This document shows, piece by piece, positions 18,334 to 25,779 of a DNA stretch of 25,779 nucleotides. The translations under genes and the position numbers were made by a program. The stretch's first letter is position 1; each line of letters begins with the position of its first letter. This DNA comes from Calditrichia bacterium (GTDB taxonomy: Bacteria > Calditrichota > Calditrichia > RBG-13-44-9). The stretch lies in contig JARRQT010000073.1 in the NCBI GenBank assembly GCA_037381445.1, positions 1-25,779 on the forward strand, in the 5' to 3' direction. The notes beneath the pieces were generated by a model. The model was not told where the DNA came from. It searched no databases and worked only from the letters and a program-made list of their open reading frames with translations.

Positions 18334-20808
18334 ATGAAAAAATCAAAAATTTACTTAAGCATCATTTTTGTCACGTTTTGCGGCGCTTTTATCTGTTCGG
18401 CGTACGCTCAGATGATGGCCGATATCACGGAAGATGTATCGACCGATTTTGGCACCTATCACCCATATGCAACCGATTTCACGCCCCGGGTGCCGGCCTT
18501 TACGGTGGCTTCCGATTTCAGCAATGTAATCAACTTTCAGCAGATGTCGGATTTATTCAGCCCAAGGGACAAGGCGCTTCTGCAGCTAAATCATTTTACA
18601 GTCAAAAAGAGTCCCTACCGGCAGCTTTTTGATATCTACAACGGATGCACCTGGAGCGGCACGCCCACGTTTGTAACTACCGACGCGGTCCTCCATACCT
18701 ATCATGTTCTTTTCGACCGTATTCTTGCGGAAATCGAAATGCAGTATTTTGTCGATGCATTGAACCGATTCACCGGTATGCTTATCAACGAAACCGGTTC
18801 CCAATTGATGCAGGCGGAAAAAGGTCTGACCGGTGATGCCGTTTACCATAATCTTGCTTTTTTATCAGTCGCCGCAAGACTCCTCAAGGGTCCCATCATA
18901 AATATACCCGATACCGTCTCCGCGCTGGTCGATTCCGAGATCGTTTATATTACTGATCATGACGGATTTCATTACTCACCCATACTGGGCAATTTTTCGC
19001 AACTGGACTACAGCCAGTTTAAACCGAGGGGTCACTATACAAAAAATGACACACTCAAAGCCTACTTCAGGACCATGATGTGGTATGGCTGGACAATTTT
19101 TACCATGGAGACCGGCCTCTTCGGCGATCTCTCATCACGTCACACGCTGCAGTCCCTGCTGCTGGTGCAAATGCTCCATCGTCTTGAGATCAACGGGAAG
19201 CCTCTTCTGGACTTGTGGAAACTAATCTACGAACCGACTGTTTTTTTCGTGGGGAAAACGGATGATCCGAACGTCTATGATTATCAATCTATCGCCGAAC
19301 AAATTTACGGGCCTGACTTCCTGACCCTTTCGCCGGACAGCCTGGCGAACCAGTCTTTGCTGAATGCATTTATGACGGAGGCGCAAAAGCTGCCCGAACC
19401 AAAAATCCCGAACTGGATTTACGGAACGTTCATGCAATACAAAGGTTTCCGTCTGATGGGGCAGCGCTTTTTGCCGGATTCCTATATGTTCGCCCATCTG
19501 ATTTTGCCGTATGTGAGCGACAGATTGATGCCCAGGGGATTGGACATCATGGCCATTCTAGGTTCAAAACGCGCGGAGACACTGCTTGATTCGCTTTATC
19601 ACGAAACCGCCTATCCCAACTACACCGAACAGATTGCCGCATTTAATACCGAATATAAAAACAAAGCGGCCGCGGAGTGGGCGCAAAACCTGTACTGGAA
19701 CTGGCTCTACTGCCTGATGCCCCTGCTTTATGAAAAAGGATCAGGCTACCCCTATTTTATGCAGACCGCAGCCTGGGCCAACAAAGAAATTTTGACGGCA
19801 CTGGCTTCCTGGGCCGAGCTGCGGCACGATGCCATCCTCTACGGCAAACAGAGCATGACGCCCTGCAGCATCCCTCCTGGTCCGCCCCGAAGTTACGTCG
19901 AGCCGAATCCCCACCTTTACGCCCGGCTGGCAAGTCTTGTGAACTACACCCGAAACGGTCTGGAAAATTTTGGTCTGTTGAATGATGATTTCCGCGACAA
20001 ACTCGATCTGTTCAATTCCCTCCTGCTCTTTCTGAGAAATATTTCCAACAGGGAATTGGAGAATACACCCCTGACCGATGCCGAATATGAGAATATTTTT
20101 TGTTTCGGCAAAGCCATGAAGGACCTGGTATCCGAATACCCGGATCCGCAGGATCCCTGGCAAAGCAATACCGATGACATGGCGGTGGTTGCCGATGTCC
20201 ATACCGATTCCAATAATGATAATTGTCTGGAAGAAGGCGTCGGTTATCCTTTGGAGATCTTTGTTATCGTAAATGAAGGCGGAATCGCCCGGATTACCAG
20301 GGGCGCCATTTTTTCCTATTATGAATTCACTCAGCCCATCGCCAGCCGCCTGACGGACGAAGAATGGCGCGATATGTTAACCGGCTCCGAGACCCCTTCC
20401 ATGCCGGAATGGACTGCCCACTTCATGGATGAAGAGGCGCCCCAGCCGCAATTCGTTACCGACTCGCCGGGTTATCTGTATGAGAAGACATTTAATGCGG
20501 TTGAAACGGAAGCACGGCCTGCATTGCCGACAGCGATCGCGCTCTTTCAAAATTACCCCAATCCTTTTAATCCCCAGACGACGATCCGCTATTCTACCCC
20601 GGCATCCGGGAATGTCAGACTGACAATTTACAATCTGCCGGGACAGGAAATCATTACCCTGCGGGACGGTTTCCAGCCGGCGGGAGAGCACCAGGTTAAA
20701 TGGAACGGTATGAACAGCGCCGGGCAGAAGGTCGCCTCGGGGATCTATTTCTATGAATTGCGGGCAGGAAAGCAGCGCCTGCTGAAGAAGATGATGCTGT
20801 GGAAATAA
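18334..20808 (+). CDS. DUF3160 domain protein with T9SS type A C-terminal sorting domain
   Basis: Signal peptide. Motifs are FVTTDAVLHTYH, DYSQFKPRGHYT, YFRTMMWYG, FRLMGQRFLPDS, ALASWAELRHDAILYGKQS, YVEPNP, VADVHTD and GAIFSYYEF. The CTD reads QNYPNPFNP...KKMMLWK. Confidence 0.88.
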   Translation: MKKSKIYLSIIFVTFCGAFICSAYAQMMADITEDVSTDFGTYHPYATDFTPRVPAFTVASDFSNVINFQQMSDLFSPRDKALLQLNHFTVKKSPYRQLFDIYNGCTWSGTPTFVTTDAVLHTYHVLFDRILAEIEMQYFVDALNRFTGMLINETGSQLMQAEKGLTGDAVYHNLAFLSVAARLLKGPIINIPDTVSALVDSEIVYITDHDGFHYSPILGNFSQLDYSQFKPRGHYTKNDTLKAYFRTMMWYGWTIFTMETGLFGDLSSRHTLQSLLLVQMLHRLEINGKPLLDLWKLIYEPTVFFVGKTDDPNVYDYQSIAEQIYGPDFLTLSPDSLANQSLLNAFMTEAQKLPEPKIPNWIYGTFMQYKGFRLMGQRFLPDSYMFAHLILPYVSDRLMPRGLDIMAILGSKRAETLLDSLYHETAYPNYTEQIAAFNTEYKNKAAAEWAQNLYWNWLYCLMPLLYEKGSGYPYFMQTAAWANKEILTALASWAELRHDAILYGKQSMTPCSIPPGPPRSYVEPNPHLYARLASLVNYTRNGLENFGLLNDDFRDKLDLFNSLLLFLRNISNRELENTPLTDAEYENIFCFGKAMKDLVSEYPDPQDPWQSNTDDMAVVADVHTDSNNDNCLEEGVGYPLEIFVIVNEGGIARITRGAIFSYYEFTQPIASRLTDEEWRDMLTGSETPSMPEWTAHFMDEEAPQPQFVTDSPGYLYEKTFNAVETEARPALPTAIALFQNYPNPFNPQTTIRYSTPASGNVRLTIYNLPGQEIITLRDGFQPAGEHQVKWNGMNSAGQKVASGIYFYELRAGKQRLLKKMMLWK

Positions 20809-20900
20809 AACCGGTGATGCGCTCTTTTTAAAAATATTTCCGGCAGCAGGGAAGGCACAGGGAGAGGTGGCGTGTTGGAGTGATGGAGTGCTGGAATGCT
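20548..20900 (+). repeat. Direct repeat copy 1: CTD coding sequence plus 3' flank
   Basis: By manual alignment, 20551-20808 matches 23925-24182 with 22 mismatches in 258 nt. Similarity continues past the stop (CTCTTTTTAAAAATATTTCCGGCAGCAGGG...ACAGGGAGAGGTGG). Confidence 0.95.
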
Positions 20901-20907
20901 GGCGTAG
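20868..20907 (+). repeat. Tandem octamer array (TGGAGTGN)
   Basis: TGGCGTGT TGGAGTGA TGGAGTGC TGGAATGC TGGCGTAG. Confidence 0.85.
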
Positions 20908-21141
20908 CCTATTCCTTTTGCGGAACGCTATGCCTGCCGAACCGCGCACCGCTGCTTTCCGATTTTTCCCTTGCTATTTAGCCGCAATGTTGGTTAGGTT
21001 TCAGTGCTAATTCAAAAATCAATATTTTTTTAAAGATAGATTCAGCAGCAGACATTCTTTTTCAGCTTTATTTCACAGGGAAGCCAATGGCGGCATTTTC
21101 GCCCTTGCCCGAATCCATTGATGGAATCAAAAGGAGAACCC

Positions 21142-22053
21142 ATGAAGCTAAAATTACTGTTGTTTTTAGTAATGCTTTTTCCCATAAGCCCCTTTTCGCA
21201 GGACGCTGCAAGCTTTTTCCCCCATAATGAGGGAGATACATGGCAATATCTTCACCAAGAGTTTGGTGAAGGGTGGTATTGGACGCGGACAATTGTAAAG
21301 GATTCTTTGGATGCGGATTCGAGTCATCAGATTTTTTTCACTTCTTCAGAGCATTTTTACAGCAAACATTTTATTATTGATACATTAAAACAGCTATGGA
21401 ATGAAACAGGTATTCCGGAACTGGGTAATTTTTTGGACTTCAAATTAGATGCGAATCCGGGTGAATGGTACCGCTGTGATACCAGCGCAACATATTATCA
21501 GAATCCGTTCTATAAAATCGTAACCGATACGGGACTGGCCTATTTTCTTGGAAAGCTGTGCAAATATAAGATCTATAATTCTTTTCAAAGTCTTCATCCG
21601 GAAAATTATCCGGAGGGTGCCCTGGACCTGGCACAGATTATTTTAGTAGACAGCCTGGGATGGTTTTCTTCCCGCTACGATTTTGGCACTGATGTCATGG
21701 TAGCAGCCCGAATCAACGGGGTGGAATATGGTAAATTTGTCGATATAGAATCCACTGAGGAACCGGTATTGCCGCATTCGCCGGAACTGCCGGCCGCCTA
21801 TCCTAACCCCTTCAACAGCACGATTCGCATTCCGGTAAAACTGCCATTCACGGCAGAAGTCCGTTTGTCCATTTATAATGCAGTCGGGCAGAACATTACA
21901 ACCCTGTATTCAGGAAAGCTGCCCGGCGGAAAGCATGATTTTCAATGGAATGGAAAGGATGAAACGGGAAGGCCCTGTGCAACCGGGATATACTTCATTC
22001 ATTTTGAGGCTGATCATTTAATTTCAAACCAAAAAATAATTATGATTAAGTGA
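21142..22053 (+). CDS. Secreted hypothetical protein with T9SS type A C-terminal sorting domain
   Basis: The start MKLKLL at 21142 follows AAGGAG. It has a signal peptide, FFPHNEGDTWQY and ARINGVEYG. The CTD reads AYPNPFNST...ATGIYFIH...QKIIMIK. Confidence 0.85.
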   Translation: MKLKLLLFLVMLFPISPFSQDAASFFPHNEGDTWQYLHQEFGEGWYWTRTIVKDSLDADSSHQIFFTSSEHFYSKHFIIDTLKQLWNETGIPELGNFLDFKLDANPGEWYRCDTSATYYQNPFYKIVTDTGLAYFLGKLCKYKIYNSFQSLHPENYPEGALDLAQIILVDSLGWFSSRYDFGTDVMVAARINGVEYGKFVDIESTEEPVLPHSPELPAAYPNPFNSTIRIPVKLPFTAEVRLSIYNAVGQNITTLYSGKLPGGKHDFQWNGKDETGRPCATGIYFIHFEADHLISNQKIIMIK

Positions 22054-22070
22054 AAGGAGATTGATATAGC

Positions 22071-22411
22071 ATAAATAAAATGTGGGTAAGCCCAAATGGA
22101 GAATTATATATTTCGTCTGTAATAATGGCAATATTACCCACTGCAACAGCAGCGGTCAACAGAAGCAGGAGAGCGAGATAGAGTTGCCCATAACAGATAT
22201 TTGGGGAGTTGAGGATTTCGAAACCGGCGAACCGATTGTCCTATACACGGCCACAGAAGAATTTACGGCCCCAGTGATAATAAAATATTTAACGTTAATT
22301 CTGATAACACCCTATCAGAAATTGCATGGCCTGGATACTAAAGAAAACCTGACAATCGCAGTAGGGGAAAATAATCAAAGTGCCTTTATCATAAAATTAA
22401 AAAAGAAATAG
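22071..22411 (+). pseudogene. Decayed remnant of a beta-propeller-like 'IWG'-repeat protein gene
   Basis: One frame reads INKMWVSPNGELY. After a shift near TATATAT (about 22105-22112) another frame continues FVCNNGNITHCNSSG...ESEIELPITDIWG...IAVGEN...AFII. There is no signal peptide, and the upstream AAGGAG has no well-spaced ATG. Confidence 0.6.
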
Positions 22412-22436
22412 AGTTCTCCTGAAAGGGAAAAAGCCT

Positions 22437-24182
22437 ATGTCAAGACTGGCCTTCTTTTTGATCCTATCTTTTTATGCGAATCTTTTTTCACAGCAATTGT
22501 TTGTCACCAATGTGCTGCCCGCTCAAAATTCAAACAGTGGAGCGGCGAGCACCACAATAGAAATTGCATTCAATCTGCCAGTGGATACCACAGATATTGC
22601 CCAAAATATAATTGTAACCGGTAATGAATCTTCCTTAATGCATTTTCGATATCATACCGGTCCATCAGGCTTGACCATCTATCTGGTGCCCCAAAGTAAT
22701 TTCCTGTCCGGAGAAAAAGTGAAGGTCTGTCTGACTCATTCAATAAAAGGAATAAACGGAGAGGAATTTGATGGTTATGAATGGGATTTCAGGGTTCAGC
22801 CGAGTTTGCCCACACATCCCTATTTCGCTTCTCCTGTGATTTATAGCCAGTTTGGAGGCTTTTATTTGGAATCCGCTGATGTTGATGATGATAATGCTCC
22901 GGACTTAATGTTCTCGCATTCTATTCTTCGGAATGACGGATTGGGAAATTTTAGCTTATTTCAACTACTGGATCCCGATGACGGCAGTGGAAAGCCCCTT
23001 CTGTTTGATTTTGATTTGGATGGATTTAAAGATCTGTGGATTTCTCCCTATTTTTATGAGCAGGGAAATGATGGCCTTTTCCATTATGATACCACCATCT
23101 ACCGTGGCATCCGCCAAATCCGGGATATGAACAGAGATGGCTTCCCCGATTTTATCATTTGTGAATCGCTGGGACAACAAGATACTCTCTGTTTTATTGG
23201 AATTTATTATAATAAAGGTCAATTTAAACCGTTAGCACAAATTGATACCGTTGTGACAGAAAAACGTGTCCGATCGATCACTACCGGTGATTTCAATAAC
23301 GACGGTGTTGAAGACATTGCTTATTGCACAACCGTATTTGCGACCCCCTCCGGTGTCAGCGGCCATAACTCCATTCGAGTTCTGTATATGAGTAGTACTG
23401 GCGATACGCTGTACCGGAATATATATAATGAGAATGATTTTCCTTCTGTTTATGTCGGAATGCCCTTTGATATCCAGAATGCTGATTTCAACAATGATGG
23501 TTATCTGGACATTTTATTAATGACTAATTCGGATGATTTTGTGATTTTTAATGATACACAGGGAGGTTTTGATGTCAACTCCGCAGCAATCACTGGCGGT
23601 GGAGATTTTTACCACGCCTCTACAATGGGGGATATTAACGGAAATGGATGGTTAGACCTGATCTATAATGGTGTTATCGGTGCTGGTGAAAATGCCCACA
23701 CATTTTACGCTCAGAATAGCAATGCTCAATTCAATTCCGGTTTCTTAATATATGAGAAGGACACAGCATACGTTTATAATTCTGCAATAGCGGATTTTAA
23801 TGGTGACGGTGCATTGGATGTGGCGAGTACCTGGGGGGACGGATTGTACATCCATTTCAATACAAAGGTCAATAAACTTGATAGTCCTGATAAAACCCAC
23901 ATTGAGGAATTTACTCTGGCCCAAAACTATCCGAATCCCTTTAATCCCCAGACGATGATCCGCTATTTCACCCCGGCATCCGGGAATGTCAGACTGACCA
24001 TTTACAATCTGCCGGGACAGGAGATCATTACCCTGCAGGACGGTTTCCAGCCGGCGGGAGAGCACCAGGTTAAATGGAACGGCGTGAACAGCGCCGGACA
24101 GAAGGTCGCGTCGGGGATCTACTTCTATGAATTGCGGGCCGGAAAAGTGCGCCTACTGAAGAAGATGATGCTGGGGAAGTAA
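22437..24182 (+). CDS. Secreted FG-GAP/VCBS-repeat protein with N-terminal Ig-like domain and T9SS type A CTD
   Basis: Signal peptide, then an Ig-like segment (VTNVLPAQN...IEIAFNLPVD). Seven repeats follow: DVDDDNAPDL, DFDLDGFKDL, DMNRDGFPDF, DFNNDGVEDI, DFNNDGYLDI, DINGNGWLDL and DFNGDGALDV. The CTD begins QNYPNPFNP. Confidence 0.9.
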   Translation: MSRLAFFLILSFYANLFSQQLFVTNVLPAQNSNSGAASTTIEIAFNLPVDTTDIAQNIIVTGNESSLMHFRYHTGPSGLTIYLVPQSNFLSGEKVKVCLTHSIKGINGEEFDGYEWDFRVQPSLPTHPYFASPVIYSQFGGFYLESADVDDDNAPDLMFSHSILRNDGLGNFSLFQLLDPDDGSGKPLLFDFDLDGFKDLWISPYFYEQGNDGLFHYDTTIYRGIRQIRDMNRDGFPDFIICESLGQQDTLCFIGIYYNKGQFKPLAQIDTVVTEKRVRSITTGDFNNDGVEDIAYCTTVFATPSGVSGHNSIRVLYMSSTGDTLYRNIYNENDFPSVYVGMPFDIQNADFNNDGYLDILLMTNSDDFVIFNDTQGGFDVNSAAITGGGDFYHASTMGDINGNGWLDLIYNGVIGAGENAHTFYAQNSNAQFNSGFLIYEKDTAYVYNSAIADFNGDGALDVASTWGDGLYIHFNTKVNKLDSPDKTHIEEFTLAQNYPNPFNPQTMIRYFTPASGNVRLTIYNLPGQEIITLQDGFQPAGEHQVKWNGVNSAGQKVASGIYFYELRAGKVRLLKKMMLGK

Positions 24183-24285
24183 AATTTGTGGCAGACTCTT
24201 TTTAAAAATATTTCCGGCAGCAGGGGAGGAACAGGGAGAGGTGGAGTAATGGAGTGTTGGAGTGGTGGCGTGTTGGAATGATGCA
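23922..24285 (+). repeat. Direct repeat copy 2: CTD coding sequence plus 3' flank
   Basis: Matches 20548-20900 (see copy 1). Confidence 0.95.
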
Positions 24286-24322
24286 ATCTATGCGCTGTGC
24301 CCTTTGCGCCTTGCGTTTTATG
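24242..24322 (+). repeat. Tandem octamer array followed by heptamer array
   Basis: TGGAGTAA TGGAGTGT TGGAGTGG TGGCGTGT TGGAATGA (24242-24281), then CTATGCG CTGTGCC CTTTGCG CCTTGCG TTTTATG (24288-24322). Confidence 0.85.
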
Positions 24323-24430
24323 CTTCAGGTTGTTGAGTCGGTCCAACCATAGTCTTCACCTCCCGGCCTCCCCGGACCCCCTTCCTCCGGGCATCCGCCT
24401 CAGAAACTTTTCACTCCCTCCCGTGGTTAG

Positions 24431-25444
<1,014 letters not shown>

Positions 25445-25613
25445 GCGGCTGCAGCGGCAATTTATTGATGGGCATCGCAGAAAAAGCGCCTTCATTCGAA
25501 AGTGGATGCCAAAGGGTTTCCGGAAATCAGCTTTGCACGGATAATTAAGTATTCCGGAAAATTAACCTTATTGGATTGTCTGATTGCAGAATTATTCCCC
25601 GCTGGCCATGCAG

Positions 25614-25631
25614 AATTGCAGCGCTGCAATT
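25614..25631. promoter_or_regulatory. Perfect 18-bp palindrome, LacI-operator-like
   Basis: AATTGCAGCGCTGCAATT, with a central AGCGCT, in non-coding sequence. Confidence 0.5.
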
Positions 25632-25779
25632 TTGACTGAAGTGATTAAGGTGGTCGAAATAGAAAAATCCTTGTTTCAAATTAAGATTATCCGACTTCGT
25701 CCCGTCTCATGGGACTCCTCTCGGAAATACATCTATCATTTCCAATTGATTTATTTGGTATTGACTGACATTCTTGTGG

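Noticed and set aside
20551..24182. Diversity-generating retroelement TR/VR pair
   Set aside because: The mismatches are mostly synonymous third-position changes involving all bases, not adenine-specific. Both copies are coding, and no reverse transcriptase is in the window.
20868..24322. CRISPR array or integron attC sites
   Set aside because: The units are 7-8 nt with no spacers. I saw no attC-type inverted core sites and no cas or integrase gene.
25471..25525. c-di-GMP-I riboswitch (CATTCGAAAG...)
   Set aside because: It lacks the GGCAAA-type start and a convincing P2/P3 arrangement, and it lies just downstream of a gene.

Overview
This is a bacterial window, probably from a diderm, T9SS-encoding lineage such as Calditrichota, KSB1 or Ignavibacteria. 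That is inferred from PorV-like and YPNPFN-type C-terminal sorting domains together with canonical TTGACA-17-TAnnnT promoters. Bases 206-17726 form a minus-strand carbohydrate-utilisation locus, most likely for beta-1,2-glucan/sophoro-oligosaccharides. Its order is sugar ABC solute-binding lipoprotein, two permeases, GH3 beta-glucosidase and GH144-like endoglucanase. A second promoter with a LacI operator then drives LacI, a tandem CBM9-like T9SS-CTD protein, a TonB-dependent receptor, a 1032-aa protein with an atypical CTD, and a PorV/UPF0164-family barrel. There is no SusD. The receptor/giant CTD protein/PorV trio is the best candidate for an undescribed outer-membrane uptake system. Bases 18334-24182 form a plus-strand cluster of CTD cargo genes: DUF3160, an unknown protein, a decayed gene and an FG-GAP protein. 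A ~350-bp direct repeat (CTD coding sequence plus 3' flank) brackets an AT-richer segment, and short 7/8-mer tandem arrays mark the cluster borders. An aldo/keto reductase follows. A possible truncated GH94 phosphorylase fragment lies at the left edge. All family calls come from motif recognition by eye; no searches were run.
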